A stretch of 64,000 bases of DNA from Oligoflexia bacterium (GCA_020847095.1 JADLCR010000088.1:46871-110870); one strand, 5' to 3'. Positions 9,785 through 24,420 are shown, counted from the first letter of the stretch. Numbers and translations are program-made. Notes: generated by a model from the letters alone, not told the origin.

Positions 9785-11500
9785 TTAGATGCTCAAGCTC
9801 TTGAGTTCACCCTTTTTAAAAGCAATGTAACCATCAAAAATCAGCTTACAAACTGTGACAGCGGTAAAGAGCGTTGTCACAATGCCGATGAGCAGGGTGA
9901 CAGCAAATCCCTTAATCGGACCTGTTCCAAACTGAAGCAAAATGATCGCGACAATGCCGTGGGTGATATTCGCGTCAAAAATACTGCTAAACGCTTTGTC
10001 AAATCCCGCCTCAATCGCGCGAGCCGGGCTCTTACCTTCTTGCAGCTCATCTCGAATTCGCTCAAAGATGATGACGTTACTATCAACAGCCATTCCAATT
10101 GTAAGCGCTAGGCCCGCAATTCCTGGCAATGTCAGTGTCGCATCTAGGCTCACAAGCGCTGCGAACGCAAAAAGTCCGTTGAGCATCAATGATAGAACGG
10201 CCACCAAACCACTGGCTCGATAGTAAAAGGACATAAAAATAAATATTAAGGCACAGCCCACAATTCCCGCTGTTAGCCCTTGGCGAATACTATCTTGCCC
10301 CAATGAGGGTCCGATAACCCGCTGCTCGACTAAATCGAGCTGAGCCGGCAAAGCCCCTGCTCGAAGAACAATGCTCAAATCCTTTGCTTCTTTCATCAAC
10401 TCTTCATGATTGCCTTGACCCAATGTAATCTGCCCATTGGTAGAAATTTCGCTTTGAATGACAGGAGCCGAATAGACGACATTATCCAAAACAATAGCTA
10501 ATCGCTTTTGCTTGTTTTCTCCCGTAACCTTTTTCATTGCCGCTGCACCGGCCGGATTCATTTGAAACTCGACAATGGGGCGACCGTAATCTTGATCGAT
10601 ATTCATACGAGCGTCTTGCAGATCGTTTCCAGTCACGTCGACTTTCTTGAAAAGCAAATACGGAACCCAGGTGGCAGGAACATTTGGGCCGGAGCCGCGA
10701 GAGGTTTTTTCAAACACAATCTCTGAGTCCTCAGGAATTTTTCCTTTTGCGAACTCATTAATTTTCTCGACGTACTCTGAAAACTTTTGTCCCTCTTTGT
10801 ATTGGACGCCATGATCTTTTTCAATTGAAGCCACTAACGCGGCGATTTGTCCGCCTTGCATGGCCGAATCATTGACGATTTTAAATTCTAACTTAGCCGT
10901 TCGACCAATAAGTTGTTTAGCACGCTCAATTTCTCGCACTCCCGGGAGCTCAACGACAACCCGCTTGCTCCCTTGGCTCGAAATCCCCGGCTCAGTCACA
11001 CCGAAAGTATCAATACGATTTCTGATAACTTCGATAGATTGTCGAACCGCATTGTCACGAATATCATTTCGATTGGTGAGGGTCAGTGCCAATTCCAACT
11101 CTCCGGCCTTCTCACCTAAGATGATCATATTCGGATAATAGTCTTTCAGTAGCGTCTTAATTTCACCCGTTTGCGCTGCTTCAAAAGTGAGAAACCCGCG
11201 TGGGTCATCTTCCTCGGAATAGGTCCCTAATCTCCATTGGCTCGGGAGTGCTTTACTTGTGGAAAGCACCTTAAGGGACTCTAGTTGGCGCTCCATGTTT
11301 TCCTTAAAGAGCTTTTTGATGTCAATTTCGAACACCATGTAGAGCCCACCTTGAAGATCGAGCCCTAAATTGACCTTCTTCTTGACGGGAAATTTTGATG
11401 TATCTGGATTCAAATTACTCAAAGTAGGATAAACGTACAAAACGCTTATCGTCGTGATGATCATCAAGATCCAAAACTTAGCCCACCAGATTCGCTTCAT
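9785..11500 (-). CDS. secD: protein translocase subunit SecD
   Basis: Length 571 aa. N-terminal TM, large periplasmic domain and C-terminal TM bundle, in the conserved yajC-secD-secF order. Confidence 0.9.
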   Translation of the reverse strand: MKRIWWAKFWILMIITTISVLYVYPTLSNLNPDTSKFPVKKKVNLGLDLQGGLYMVFEIDIKKLFKENMERQLESLKVLSTSKALPSQWRLGTYSEEDDPRGFLTFEAAQTGEIKTLLKDYYPNMIILGEKAGELELALTLTNRNDIRDNAVRQSIEVIRNRIDTFGVTEPGISSQGSKRVVVELPGVREIERAKQLIGRTAKLEFKIVNDSAMQGGQIAALVASIEKDHGVQYKEGQKFSEYVEKINEFAKGKIPEDSEIVFEKTSRGSGPNVPATWVPYLLFKKVDVTGNDLQDARMNIDQDYGRPIVEFQMNPAGAAAMKKVTGENKQKRLAIVLDNVVYSAPVIQSEISTNGQITLGQGNHEELMKEAKDLSIVLRAGALPAQLDLVEQRVIGPSLGQDSIRQGLTAGIVGCALIFIFMSFYYRASGLVAVLSLMLNGLFAFAALVSLDATLTLPGIAGLALTIGMAVDSNVIIFERIRDELQEGKSPARAIEAGFDKAFSSIFDANITHGIVAIILLQFGTGPIKGFAVTLLIGIVTTLFTAVTVCKLIFDGYIAFKKGELKSLSI

Positions 11501-11847
11501 GGATTCCCCTCTTTAGCAAGTCCCGCAATTTGTGATTTTAAAATTCGAATTCTAACATTGTCAGCGATTTGCAGTGTAACAACACGATCGGTTGTTCCTG
11601 CAACTTCACCCAAAATCCCGCCTGAAGTGATTACTTGATCACCGCGCTTGATCCCCTCTAGGAGCTTTTGATGTTCTTTTTGCTTCTTGCCCTGAGGCCG
11701 AATAATCAAGAAGTAGAAAATCACAAACATCGCGGCGATCGGAAATACCATCTCCAAGACGGACGGTTGAGCCGGGGTCACGGCGCCTTGTTGTGCCCAT
11801 GCAATTGAAATCATTTTGAAACTCCTCCAAAGCTTCGAAAGTCCCAT
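11497..11847 (-). CDS. yajC: preprotein translocase subunit YajC
   Basis: Small single-TM protein. Its stop overlaps the secD start, and it follows tgt as in the canonical operon. Confidence 0.85.
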   Translation of the reverse strand: MGLSKLWRSFKMISIAWAQQGAVTPAQPSVLEMVFPIAAMFVIFYFLIIRPQGKKQKEHQKLLEGIKRGDQVITSGGILGEVAGTTDRVVTLQIADNVRIRILKSQIAGLAKEGNP

Positions 11848-11874
11848 TAAGCGGTTAAAGAATCAAGCTTGTTG

Positions 11875-14061
<2,187 letters not shown>

Positions 14062-14078
<17 letters not shown>

Positions 14079-15276
14079 CCGAGTTCACTAATACGGCCTG
14101 GGGGTAATAGTACTTTAAAATTTTGCGGAAATCCTTCCCACTCAGGGCTTGCTTGCGCGCTCCCCATTGGCAAAGTCCGCTCCCATGGCCGAATCCATGC
14201 CCTCTAAATACAATAAATTCGCCAGAATTTTGCACTGTAAAGAATGTACTACGAAGCTTTCCATACCCTAGTTTTGACCTCAGATCGTTCCCCGTAATCA
14301 TATTGGCCGTCGAGCGCGACGTAACCGCCAATAAAGCCACCCGCCCGCTTCCAGTTCGGGTCACCACGCGAAGTGCTAAGTCCGAAGGGCTTGTCCCATT
14401 GAGCTCGGGGTAAAGTGATTGAAATTCGAGTTTGCTGACTTTTAGCTCCCAATGGTCGGAGGGGTTGCCTTTGCAAAACGGGTCCGCAACACTTTGAAGG
14501 TCCACTGAATCTGACCCACCCCAAACATCGGACGAGCGCTCCGTGTGCCCGCCGCATGCGGAATGATAATAGGCTTTAAGCACTTTTCCGGATTTAGACA
14601 AAACCATCCCTTTGGTCGACTCCACTGCGGTTTTCAGCTTCTCCAAATTGGGATGAAGTTCTGGGTGGCGATACACTTGATCGACGGTGGTTGACTCGAC
14701 GTCATACCCACTCATGAGGCGCGATTGCATTTGAGCTAACACGTAAGAGCGCGCCGCGACTGCTTGCGCCTTAAGAGCTTCAATGGGCCAAGACGTTGGC
14801 ATTTCCCCTTCAAGTACTCCCATGACGTACTTTTCAAGACTTATAAGCACGATCGCTTCAAGGCGATCTTGAGTTCGCTTTAATAAAATCGGCGACGGCA
14901 ATTTTTGATTGTTGATTTGGATTTCGCCTGATTCCGATTCGAGCATCACCTCTGAGTCAGCGAGACGGTGGCTAGAACCCTTTAAGTCCTTTGCCACTAA
15001 AGAGGACATTTGCTTCATGAGCACCAGCTCTCGCACGCCATTGTAAGCCACGGGCCTTAACACACGCTTCGAAGGCGTAGCCAAAGTTAAACCTTCAGCC
15101 TGGACTTTTACCGGAAACTCCACTGACTTTATGCGCATTCGGATACGAGGCGGCTCATCGACGATCAGCAGTTCTTGGTCAACGGCACCAAAAGCCAGAG
15201 CGGACTGAAGCATCCCAATCAAGACGATAAACGCGGTCAACTTCACCCCCATCCTTGGTAGGAAACAGTTATTCAA
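14062..15276 (-). CDS. SpoIID/LytB domain protein (secreted)
   Basis: SpoIID motif AYYHSACGGHTE. Signal peptide after an internal Met. Confidence 0.8.
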
Positions 15277-15301
15277 TTAGATCTTGATTGGAGAAATCTG
15301 A

Positions 15302-16003
15302 CTAGGTGACCTTAGGTCTAGGCAGGCCCAGTTGCTCCATAACAATCTGAAGGTCTTGCCAAACGGTCTTTTTTTCTTTTGGATTTCTCAACAGATAGCT
15401 GGGATGAAATGTGGCCAGGACTTTGATCCCGTTTTTTTCAACGAGCTGGCCGCGGCATTCTGAAATCTTTTTTGTCGTTGCTAAGAGCGTTTGAGCCGCC
15501 ACAGCGCCCAACGCAACCACGATTTTTGGATTCACGAGTTTGATCTGCAAATTTAAAAATCTTCCGCACTCAACGACTTCTTCGGGTTTTGGAGTTCTAT
15601 TCTCTGGCGGACGACATTTAACTATATTTGCCAAATAAACTTGGTCACGGGTTAAACCCATGGCCTCAATCATCTTGGTCAACAGCTGACCCGACGGTCC
15701 CACAAATGGGATTCCGACCCGGTCTTCATCTTCCCCTGGAGCTTCTCCAATGAACATGATTGGAGAATTTTTTGGTCCAGTTCCGAAGACTGACTTGGTT
15801 CGAGTTGAACCTAACGGACATCGCTGACAGTTCTCCGCCTCACCTTGTAAGTCGCTCAGGGAAGGCGTTTCTGCCAATTCACCACTCTCTGCGACGGGAA
15901 CGTCCTGGGAAAATTCTGCCGGTCCCGGCAAGAAATTCCGGATTCCTAGAACTTCACGAAAAAAGTTAAGATGGTCTTTTAGCTCTTCACTCATATTACT
16001 CAA
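15302..16003 (-). CDS. uracil-DNA glycosylase, family 4 (Fe-S)
   Basis: Motifs [21 protein letters not shown] and HPSYLLRNP. Confidence 0.85.
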   Translation of the reverse strand: MSNMSEELKDHLNFFREVLGIRNFLPGPAEFSQDVPVAESGELAETPSLSDLQGEAENCQRCPLGSTRTKSVFGTGPKNSPIMFIGEAPGEDEDRVGIPFVGPSGQLLTKMIEAMGLTRDQVYLANIVKCRPPENRTPKPEEVVECGRFLNLQIKLVNPKIVVALGAVAAQTLLATTKKISECRGQLVEKNGIKVLATFHPSYLLRNPKEKKTVWQDLQIVMEQLGLPRPKVT

Positions 16004-16054
16004 GTTTCACGTTACCTCTCCGATGAAGAGGGTGTCAGTCAGGAGGACAGACAC

Positions 16055-16261
16055 ATGGATATCACAAATTTAAATAAGAGCTATATGATTCCCGAAGTTC
16101 CACGAGAAGATTTCGTGGAATACCTCGAAACATGCTGCATCTGCGGCTCCAAGCTTCGGTTTACCCACCAAACCGACTACTTGCAACTGCAAGTACAAGA
16201 AGAAGCCCGATGTCCAGATTGCGGCATTCGTAACAAAACGACTAACTACACATTACAGTAA
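16055..16261 (+). CDS. small zinc-ribbon protein (hypothetical)
   Basis: 68 aa with a CCICGS...CPDCG CxxC pair. Sits between divergent udg and convergent uvrC. Confidence 0.4.
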   Translation: MDITNLNKSYMIPEVPREDFVEYLETCCICGSKLRFTHQTDYLQLQVQEEARCPDCGIRNKTTNYTLQ

Positions 16262-18166
16262 TCATTCGAGATTTTGGGCCTGCTCATCGGTTTCAGAAAG
16301 CTGAAGCAAAATGCGCTCAGCTAAAACCCGATTGAACCCGGGAACTTCTGCAATAGCTTCGGCAGTGGCCGTGCGTATTTGATCAATTGACTCGAACTTC
16401 TTAAGAAGGGCTTTCTTTCGCTTTTCACCAAGGCCAACGACATAATCCAATTCGCTCTCAAGACTTTTATTCTCTCGCAAATGACGATGATAGGTGATGG
16501 CAAAACGATGGGCTTCGTCTCTTATTCCAGTCAAGATATGAAGTGCCTCCGAATTTTTTGCGAAAACCACAGGGTTTTGCCGTTCGGGCAAAAATACTCG
16601 CTCCTCGGTGCCTTTGACATCTTTATCGCTAAAGCGACCCTGAGTTCTTGCTTTAGCGAGCCCACAAACGGGTATCGTTTTACCCATCTCCGCTAAAACT
16701 TCAATGGCCACAGACAGCTGCCCGCGCCCACCGTCAACCACCAGAAGGTGAGGATCATCAAGCTCTTCGTGCTTAAAACGCCTCGATAAAACCTCTTTCA
16801 TCATGGCGAAATCGTTTTGACCCTGAACTGATTTTATTTTGTAGCGTCGATAGTCGTCCTTAAGTGGGACGCCACCTTCGAAAACCACCTGACTTGCAAC
16901 GGCTTCATCACCTTGAAAATTAGAAATATCATAGCACTCAATGCGAATGGGAAGACTTGGCAAATTCAGTTTCGCTTTTATCTCTTCAAGCCCTTGATTC
17001 TTCTTTTCGCTTTTTGAAACATAGGTTTTAAAATGATTTGTCGCATTGGCATGGGCCATTTCAATCAGCTGAGCTCCATCCTTACTGGTTGGAAATCTCA
17101 CCAAGACTTCACGACCCGATCTCTCAAAAAGCACCTGACCCAAAAGTTTATTCAGGTCTTTTCCCAGATCCACCGGTACCAAAACCTCATCTGGAATGAC
17201 ATTTTCAGCGTAGTACTGATTGATAAAGCTCACCAGCCAATCTTGAACGCTTTCATCAGGCGATTGAGGATTAAGTAGGGGCACAAAATGGGGCTGACTT
17301 CCAAGGACCTTTCCCTGTCTGACGTGAAGCACTTCGATGGTGCATCCTCTATCGTCGCCGTCAAAACCAATGGCATCCTGGTCCTTTTCTCGCATCGAAT
17401 CGATCACCGATTGCTTTTGCAGAATGGACTTTAGCGAATTAATCGAATCACGCAGCTTTGCCGCATATTCAAACTGCTCCTGATCTGCAGCGACCTTCAT
17501 TCTCTTTTCAATTTGCTTGACGAGTTGCTTATCGCGACCTCTCAAAAATAGGATCGCGCCCTCAAGCTCCTCACGGTATTGCGACTCATCAACCAGCGCC
17601 ACACAAGGAGCCGTGCAGTGACCAATCTGGTGTGTGAGACACGGACGCGTCCGATTTTTCATGAAATGATCTGCGCAATCGCGAATGCGGAAGGTGCGAT
17701 TCAAAAATCTAATGGTCTCCCAAACCTGAAGCCCAGAAGTAAACGGACCGAAATACTGGGAACCGTCTCTTTTAACTTTCCTGGCCAAATAGAGCCTGGG
17801 AAATTTATCGGTCATACTCACTCGAATGTAGGGATAGGATTTATCGTCCTTGAGCAGGATATTGTATTTTGGACGATGCTTTTTTATCAGCGAGGCCTCT
17901 AAGAGTAATGCCTCTACTTCCGTTCTAGTGACTATGTACTCGATTCGATCGATATGACTGACAAGGTGATAAGTTTTGACACTTTGTTCAGTATTGTTGA
18001 AATAGCTGCGCACTCGATTCTTAAGCGATTTAGCTTTTCCGACATAAATGATCTTCTCAGCGACGTTTTTCATCAAATAAACGCCAGGATCTCCCGGAAA
18101 TCTTGAAACGAGCTCCTTAAGCTCAGTAACTTTTTGATTGAGTTTTGAGGCGTTAAGCTTCGCCAT
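16262..18166 (-). CDS. uvrC: excinuclease ABC subunit C
   Basis: N-terminal GIY-YIG (GVYLMKN...IIYVGKAKSLKNR) and C-terminal RNaseH-like/HhH region. Length 634 aa. Confidence 0.92.
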   Translation of the reverse strand: MAKLNASKLNQKVTELKELVSRFPGDPGVYLMKNVAEKIIYVGKAKSLKNRVRSYFNNTEQSVKTYHLVSHIDRIEYIVTRTEVEALLLEASLIKKHRPKYNILLKDDKSYPYIRVSMTDKFPRLYLARKVKRDGSQYFGPFTSGLQVWETIRFLNRTFRIRDCADHFMKNRTRPCLTHQIGHCTAPCVALVDESQYREELEGAILFLRGRDKQLVKQIEKRMKVAADQEQFEYAAKLRDSINSLKSILQKQSVIDSMREKDQDAIGFDGDDRGCTIEVLHVRQGKVLGSQPHFVPLLNPQSPDESVQDWLVSFINQYYAENVIPDEVLVPVDLGKDLNKLLGQVLFERSGREVLVRFPTSKDGAQLIEMAHANATNHFKTYVSKSEKKNQGLEEIKAKLNLPSLPIRIECYDISNFQGDEAVASQVVFEGGVPLKDDYRRYKIKSVQGQNDFAMMKEVLSRRFKHEELDDPHLLVVDGGRGQLSVAIEVLAEMGKTIPVCGLAKARTQGRFSDKDVKGTEERVFLPERQNPVVFAKNSEALHILTGIRDEAHRFAITYHRHLRENKSLESELDYVVGLGEKRKKALLKKFESIDQIRTATAEAIAEVPGFNRVLAERILLQLSETDEQAQNLE

Positions 18167-18169
18167 AGG

Positions 18170-20290
18170 TTACGTTTCCGATTCGCCTTCGCCCAGGGTC
18201 ACCGCCGCGCGCATTTGAAGCTCTTGTAACTCCAGTCGCTTGATTTCATCGCGGATATTCGCCGCTTCCTCAAACTCGAGTTTTTCCGATGCCTTTTTCA
18301 TGGCTTTGCGAAGTTTCACAATCTGTTTGGATATAGACTCTGGATCCACTGCATACAAAGTTTTTGGACTTGAGGCCTTCGAGGTTTTTGAGACTTTTTG
18401 GGTCGCGGTCGGTTCAAAGTACGGGGCGTCTGCCGAATAAATATCCTGGGTGCTTTGTGCGATGGCCTTTTTTATAGACTGAGGAGTAATGGAATGCTCT
18501 TCGTTATATTTCTTTTGAATTTCACGACGACGATTTGTTTCAGTAATGGCCTTATTCATTGAATCGGTCATTTTGTCAGCATAAAGAATGACTTTGCCAT
18601 TAAGGTTTCGTGCTGCCCGCCCAATTGTTTGTATTAAAGAACGCTCCGATCTCAAAAACCCCTCTTTATCCGCATCCAAGATGGTCACAAGACTCACTTC
18701 AGGAATATCAAGTCCCTCGCGAAGCAAGTTAATGCCAACCAAAACATCGAAAACTCCAAGTCTTAGATCCCTGATAATCTGCGATCGCTCCAAAGTTTCC
18801 ACGTCACTATGAAGATACTTTACTTTGACGCCTGCGCCTTGCAAATACTCAGTCAAGTCCTCGGCCATGCGTTTGGTCAAGGTCGTTACCAGAACTCTTT
18901 CACCCAACTGAACACGCGCTTTGGCTTCCTTTAAAAGGTCATCCACTTGAAATTTAGCTCCGCGAACTTCGACCTCTGGGTCAATCAACCCGGTGGGACG
19001 AATGATCTGCTCAACAATGAGACCTTGGCTGCGCTTGAGTTCATATGCCCCAGGTGTTGCCGAGACGTAAATCACCTTATCCATCAGCTTTTCAAATTCT
19101 TCGAAATTGAGAGGTCTATTATCCAACGCACTCGGTAGGCGAAACCCGTGCTCAACAAGAGTCATTTTTCTCGAACGATCGCCACGGTACATTCCACCCA
19201 CTTGAGGTACGGTTACGTGACTCTCATCAATAAACATGAGGTAATCTTTTGGAAAATACTCAATCAAGGTGGGGGGAGCTTCGCCCGGTTTACGCCCCGT
19301 AAAATGTCGCGAATAGTTTTCAATGCCGGGACAAAACCCAATCTCCTCGATCATTTCGATGTCATAATAAGTTCGTTGCTCAAGTCTTTGGGCCTCTACT
19401 AATTTCATTTGCCCTTTGAGTTCCTTAAGCCGTTCACGTAGCTCCTCTTGAATTGTCAAAATCGCTCTTTTACTTCTATTTTGATCCGTTACGTAGTGAC
19501 TCCCCGGATATATGGTCACTCTTTCCAGCTTTTGAAGCGTAACCCCACGGAGAGGGTCAACGACACTTAGGTTTTCTACATAGTCTCCAAAAAACTCTAC
19601 CCTCACGGCTCTTGCATCTTCATAGGGCGGGAATATCTCCACCACGTCTCCGCGAACGCGAAACGTTCCCCGATGAAAATCCACATCGTTTCGATTGTAT
19701 TGCATATCCACAAGCCGTCGCAATAACTCGTCACGCTTCAAGTCGCGCCCGACCTCAATAACTACAAGCATCCCTTCGTAGGCTTCAGGACTTCCAAGTC
19801 CGTAGATACATGAAACACTGGCCACGATAATAACATCGGTTCGGTCAAACAAAGAACGTGTTGCCGAATGGCGCATGCGATCGATCTGCTCATTGATTGA
19901 AGAGTCCTTTTCAATGAACGTATCAGTGCTCGGTATGTAGGCTTCAGGCTGATAGTAGTCGTAATAACTTACGAAATATTCAACAGCGTTGAGGGGAAAG
20001 AGCTGCTTGAACTCAGCATAAAGCTGACCAGCCAGAGTTTTATTGGGTGCTAAAATGATTGCAGGCCGCCCCATGCGTGCAATGGTGTGGGCCATTGTAA
20101 ATGTTTTTCCTGAGCCAGTTACACCCAAGAGCACTTGATGCTTTTGCCCGTGTTTTAAATTCTCAACGATCTGATCAATGGCCCTGGGTTGGTCGCCTTG
20201 TGGTTTATAGTCAGTAACGAGTTGAAATGGCCGACTCTCTCGAATCTTCTTTGAAATCTCAAATGGCGGGTTTATTTCTTCACTTCCCAT
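18170..20290 (-). CDS. uvrB: excinuclease ABC subunit B
   Basis: Walker A GVTGSGKT, helicase motifs and a C-terminal UVR domain. Length 706 aa. Confidence 0.95.
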   Translation of the reverse strand: MGSEEINPPFEISKKIRESRPFQLVTDYKPQGDQPRAIDQIVENLKHGQKHQVLLGVTGSGKTFTMAHTIARMGRPAIILAPNKTLAGQLYAEFKQLFPLNAVEYFVSYYDYYQPEAYIPSTDTFIEKDSSINEQIDRMRHSATRSLFDRTDVIIVASVSCIYGLGSPEAYEGMLVVIEVGRDLKRDELLRRLVDMQYNRNDVDFHRGTFRVRGDVVEIFPPYEDARAVRVEFFGDYVENLSVVDPLRGVTLQKLERVTIYPGSHYVTDQNRSKRAILTIQEELRERLKELKGQMKLVEAQRLEQRTYYDIEMIEEIGFCPGIENYSRHFTGRKPGEAPPTLIEYFPKDYLMFIDESHVTVPQVGGMYRGDRSRKMTLVEHGFRLPSALDNRPLNFEEFEKLMDKVIYVSATPGAYELKRSQGLIVEQIIRPTGLIDPEVEVRGAKFQVDDLLKEAKARVQLGERVLVTTLTKRMAEDLTEYLQGAGVKVKYLHSDVETLERSQIIRDLRLGVFDVLVGINLLREGLDIPEVSLVTILDADKEGFLRSERSLIQTIGRAARNLNGKVILYADKMTDSMNKAITETNRRREIQKKYNEEHSITPQSIKKAIAQSTQDIYSADAPYFEPTATQKVSKTSKASSPKTLYAVDPESISKQIVKLRKAMKKASEKLEFEEAANIRDEIKRLELQELQMRAAVTLGEGESET

Positions 20291-21756
20291 TCGCAGCCTT
20301 CCTGGGAATCGCGAACTTCAATTCCAAGCCTACTCAGTTCATCCCTCAACGAATCGCTCGTCGCAAAGTCCTTTGCCAAACGAGCCTTCCATCGCAAGTC
20401 CACTTTGCTTTGAATCTCTGCTCGCTGTAGACCCTTTTCATTCAAAAGCAAATCATCCAGTGAGTTTAAAAAAATCTCAGGTTCCTTCTCAAAAAGACTG
20501 AGTAGTCCACCAACATCCCTTATTTTTTCGATAAATAAACGACATGAGTTAGCTAATTCAATTGATGGTTTGATCCCTGGCTTCAATATGGCATTAAAAC
20601 TTCTCACCAAATTAAAGATCTCAGCAAAGATTTCTGGCGTGTTAAAATCATCCTCACTGGCCTTTTGAGCCATTGGCCAAAGTTCACCGGCCTTCACGGC
20701 GAACACCTTATCGTCCAACGTTTTGCCCACAGACTCCCCGCGCAAACCCTGGGTTTCGCATCGCTTGAGCTGCCGATTGGCTTGCGCAAGCGCAGAATAA
20801 ACTCTTGCCAACCCATGAATAGAGTGGCTGATCACATTATCAGAGAAATCCGACGGCGAACGATAGTGAGATGACAAAATCAAAAATTTTAAAATTTCGC
20901 CGTTATACCTTGTTAAAAAATTGCGGGCCGTAAAGATATTGCCCAGACTTTTGGACATTTTCTCTTTACCCATATTTATGAAGTTATTGTGCATCCAATA
21001 GTTTACGAATGGCTTTCCGTTTCCTGATTCACTTTGAGCAATTTCATTTTCATGGTGCGGAAAGATCAAATCAATACCCCCACCATGAATGTCAAAGGTG
21101 TCGCCCAAGTACTTTTTCGCCATTGCTGAGCACTCAATATGCCAACCTGGCCGGCCCTTTCCCCACGGACTTTCCCAAAATGGCTCTCCAGGCTTCGCCG
21201 GTTTCCAGAGGCTGAAGTCGAGAGGATTTTTCTTTTTTTCGCCTATTTCGACACGGGCGCCGGCTTGAAGTTCATCAATGTTCTTATGTGAAAGTTTGCC
21301 ATAATCCTTGATCTTACTCACGCTGCAGAAAACTTCGCCATCAACCACATAACCTGCCCCACTTGATATGATATTTTCAATCAACTTAATGATTTCATCC
21401 ATGTGGGTGGTGACTCGGGGATTAAAAGTGGCAGATTTTAGACCAACTCCGGCAAAGTCTTTTTCGAACTCTTTTATATACCTCTGAGCGATTTCGTCAG
21501 AAGTAGTTTTTTCCTCGTTTGCTGCCTTGATAATTTTATCGTCAACATCGGTGTAATTGTAGACGTAGGTCACTTTTTGGCCGGTACGCTCAAAAAAATT
21601 CCTCACGTAGTTAAAAAATATCGGCCCACGAAAATTGCCGACATGAACAAGATTGTATACGGTTGGCCCGCACACGTACATTTTGACGTGACCCGGCTCT
21701 AACGGTCTAAATTCTTCCTTCTTCTGGGATAATGTATTGTAAATCTTAAGTCCCAA
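20272..21756 (-). CDS. cysS: cysteine--tRNA ligase
   Basis: HIGH-type motif (HVGNF), KMSKS and zinc Cys ligands (GWHIECS). Confidence 0.93.
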   Translation of the reverse strand: MGLKIYNTLSQKKEEFRPLEPGHVKMYVCGPTVYNLVHVGNFRGPIFFNYVRNFFERTGQKVTYVYNYTDVDDKIIKAANEEKTTSDEIAQRYIKEFEKDFAGVGLKSATFNPRVTTHMDEIIKLIENIISSGAGYVVDGEVFCSVSKIKDYGKLSHKNIDELQAGARVEIGEKKKNPLDFSLWKPAKPGEPFWESPWGKGRPGWHIECSAMAKKYLGDTFDIHGGGIDLIFPHHENEIAQSESGNGKPFVNYWMHNNFINMGKEKMSKSLGNIFTARNFLTRYNGEILKFLILSSHYRSPSDFSDNVISHSIHGLARVYSALAQANRQLKRCETQGLRGESVGKTLDDKVFAVKAGELWPMAQKASEDDFNTPEIFAEIFNLVRSFNAILKPGIKPSIELANSCRLFIEKIRDVGGLLSLFEKEPEIFLNSLDDLLLNEKGLQRAEIQSKVDLRWKARLAKDFATSDSLRDELSRLGIEVRDSQEGCEWEVKK

Positions 21757-21764
21757 GACTCACC

Positions 21765-23243
21765 TCAACTCATTTTAGAAAGAACTTTTTGCGCCCGATT
21801 AATCAGACTTTCTCTGAAAAGCAAAGGAATCAAAAGTTTAAGCTCTGTACCATGAGGTTTACCCACGATCGCCACTCGAAGAGCTTGGAAAAATTCCTTT
21901 CCCTTGACCTGACATTCTAGTTGGATGTCCTTTTGAAGCTGAGTGAACTCCTCTTCAGTCAGAGCGGACTGAGGATTGCCCTTTTTCAGTTCTGAAATCC
22001 AAACTTCAATGACTCGTTTAGTAGTAGGCCAACCCAATACGGGCGCTGCTTCTTCTCCCACTGAAAATCCACTGTCTGAAAGTGGGTGAAATAAGGGAAC
22101 ACAATCAACCAACGTTTCCATTGATGTCTTAAAAGCCGCAACCGCCGACTTAATCCAAGCTTCTGAACTTGTCGAGAAATCCAACCCATGTTTTTTCAAA
22201 ATGGGTTCAATCATTTTCCAAAGTTCCAGTTCATCCATGGCGCGAAGATATTGCGAATTCATCCACTTAAGCTTTACCCCATCAAAAACAGCAGGCGCCG
22301 AGTTAATGCGGTCGGTTCCGAATAAAGCTACCATTTCATTGAGCGGCAAAATTTCACGATGATCTGGTGAACTCCACCCAAGAAGCGCAATGTAATTGTT
22401 AATCGCTTCTTTTAAATATCCATTTTCTTTATAGTCATTTACACTCGTAGCACCGTGTCGCTTTGATAACTTTTGTTTATCTGGGCCCAGAACCACCGAC
22501 ATGTGGCCAAAATCCGGCGGCGTCCATCCATAGGCTTCGTAAAGCATCAACTGCCTAACTGTATTTGAGAGATGCTCTTCTGCTCGCAGAACATGAGAAA
22601 TTTCCATTAAATGATCATCAATGACACAACAGAAATTATAAACCGGCATTCCCCCTGTACGAAGAATCACGAAGTCACCAACCATGCCTTCTTGAAATTC
22701 AATTTCGCCACGGATCAAATCCTTGAGTTTGTAAGCTTTTGGATTTTTTATCCAAAAACGGACAGCCCCTTTTTCTCCTTGGGCCAAACGCTTCTGGGCA
22801 TCTTGTGGCGAAATGGCTCGGCACTTACCGTCATAGTGAGGCGGTCGACCTGATGCCAATGCTAGCTTTTTCTTTTCCTCAAGTTCGGCGTCCGTACAAA
22901 AGCAGTAATAAGCATGACCCTTATTTAACAAAACTTGAGCGTGCTCGGCATAGATGCTCATGCGTTCACTTTGACGATAAGGGCCAAATGAACCAACCGA
23001 AGGCGTCTCCAAACCAAGTCCCGGACCTTCATCCCAAGGTAGTCCAAGCCATGCCATGTCTTGCTTTTGCATTTCTTCAAATTCTCGAGTGCTGCGGGCC
23101 GTATCGGTGTCTTCCACTCTCAAAATCATGGCGCCCCCATGATGACGAGCAAAGAGCCAATTAAACAAAAATGTTCTCGCTCCACCCACATGAAGGTAAC
23201 CGGTAGGAGATGGTGCGAATCGAACTCTAACGGGTCGACTCAT
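21765..23243 (-). CDS. gltX: glutamate--tRNA ligase
   Basis: FAPSPTGYLHVGGART and KLSKRHG. Start taken at the internal Met MSRPVRVRF. The ORF track extends to 23285. Confidence 0.85.
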   Translation of the reverse strand: MSRPVRVRFAPSPTGYLHVGGARTFLFNWLFARHHGGAMILRVEDTDTARSTREFEEMQKQDMAWLGLPWDEGPGLGLETPSVGSFGPYRQSERMSIYAEHAQVLLNKGHAYYCFCTDAELEEKKKLALASGRPPHYDGKCRAISPQDAQKRLAQGEKGAVRFWIKNPKAYKLKDLIRGEIEFQEGMVGDFVILRTGGMPVYNFCCVIDDHLMEISHVLRAEEHLSNTVRQLMLYEAYGWTPPDFGHMSVVLGPDKQKLSKRHGATSVNDYKENGYLKEAINNYIALLGWSSPDHREILPLNEMVALFGTDRINSAPAVFDGVKLKWMNSQYLRAMDELELWKMIEPILKKHGLDFSTSSEAWIKSAVAAFKTSMETLVDCVPLFHPLSDSGFSVGEEAAPVLGWPTTKRVIEVWISELKKGNPQSALTEEEFTQLQKDIQLECQVKGKEFFQALRVAIVGKPHGTELKLLIPLLFRESLINRAQKVLSKMS

Positions 23244-23245
23244 TT

Positions 23246-23725
23246 TCAAAGTCCTCTCTCTCGTAATAACACGACAGCTTGACAAAAAATTCCCTCAGCG
23301 CGACCGATAGCCCCGAGCCCTTCGCAAGTTGTTGCCTTAATTCCAATATTTTGAGCTGGGACGTTTAAAACGCGGCCAATATTCTGAACCATTTCAGACG
23401 TATATCTCATGATCTTGGGCTCTTCTGCCATGACGACCATATCTGCATTGACAATAGAAAAGCCCTTTTCCCAAACAAGCTGGGCGACCTCTGCTAATAT
23501 TTCAAGACTCGAGCGATTCTTGTTTTTCTTATCTCCAGGAAAGTACTTCCCAAGGTCCCCAAGCGCGCAAGCTCCTAACAACGCATCAGACAGCGCGTGA
23601 AGAAGCGCATCCGCATCTGAATGCCCATCAAGTCCCTTGTCGTGCGGAATAACAACTCCGCCTAACACAAGATCTCTTCCTTTTTTAAAGGGATGGATAT
23701 CGCTCCCTAAGCCAATTCGAAACAC
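23246..23725 (-). CDS. ispF: 2-C-methyl-D-erythritol 2,4-cyclodiphosphate synthase
   Basis: Motifs GLGSDIHPF and SDADALLHAL. Length 159 aa. Confidence 0.9.
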   Translation of the reverse strand: MFRIGLGSDIHPFKKGRDLVLGGVVIPHDKGLDGHSDADALLHALSDALLGACALGDLGKYFPGDKKNKNRSSLEILAEVAQLVWEKGFSIVNADMVVMAEEPKIMRYTSEMVQNIGRVLNVPAQNIGIKATTCEGLGAIGRAEGIFCQAVVLLRERGL

Positions 23726-24404
23726 GCTGTCGGTCCTCTGGATAAGTTACTTTGACATTATCATGGCTTCCTTCAACCACAACGACCTTGTACCCCATTT
23801 TTTCAATGAGGCAAGCGTCATCAGGCGCATTGAAACCCTTATGAAGCTCAAGCGCTCGAGAAAGAATATCCACTCTTATAAGCTGGGGCGTTTGAATCGT
23901 ATAAAGATCTTCCCTATTAAGCGTCTCGGAAACAATTGGCCCTGCGCCATTTTTCTTAACGCGCTTAATAGTTTCACGAACCGGCAATCCCGGAATGACG
24001 GCTCCAACTCCAAGGCTCTCGGCATTTGATTTCGATGCCCAGAGTCTATTCAGAAGCTCCTCGTTTACGGCCGGTCGAGCGGCGTCATGAACAAAGACCC
24101 AAGAAGCCTGAGAATTTAGGGCACGCAGTCCATTTTCGACTGACTCTTGCCGAACGGCTCCTCCAGGGCAAACCAGTATGCGATCTTGATTGATTAAAAT
24201 GGAAAGACTCTCTTTGAACGCAGCCACCCAGACCTCAGGAACCACGACGCAAATTCGACCCGCATGCTCCCAAGAGGCAAAGACTTCAAGTGACCAAAGC
24301 ACCAAGGGCTTGCCGTGGATGGGTTCAAACTGTTTTGGCAGCTCTCCGCCAAAGCGAGTTCCGCTTCCTCCAGCTACTATGATGATGTCACAATTTTCAC
24401 TCAT
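23685..24404 (-). CDS. ispD: 2-C-methyl-D-erythritol 4-phosphate cytidylyltransferase
   Basis: IIVAGGSGTRFG glycine-rich loop. Length 239 aa. Overlaps ispF. Confidence 0.88.
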   Translation of the reverse strand: MSENCDIIIVAGGSGTRFGGELPKQFEPIHGKPLVLWSLEVFASWEHAGRICVVVPEVWVAAFKESLSILINQDRILVCPGGAVRQESVENGLRALNSQASWVFVHDAARPAVNEELLNRLWASKSNAESLGVGAVIPGLPVRETIKRVKKNGAGPIVSETLNREDLYTIQTPQLIRVDILSRALELHKGFNAPDDACLIEKMGYKVVVVEGSHDNVKVTYPEDRQRVSNWLRERYPSL

Positions 24405-24420
24405 TACGTCTTCTTCAAAT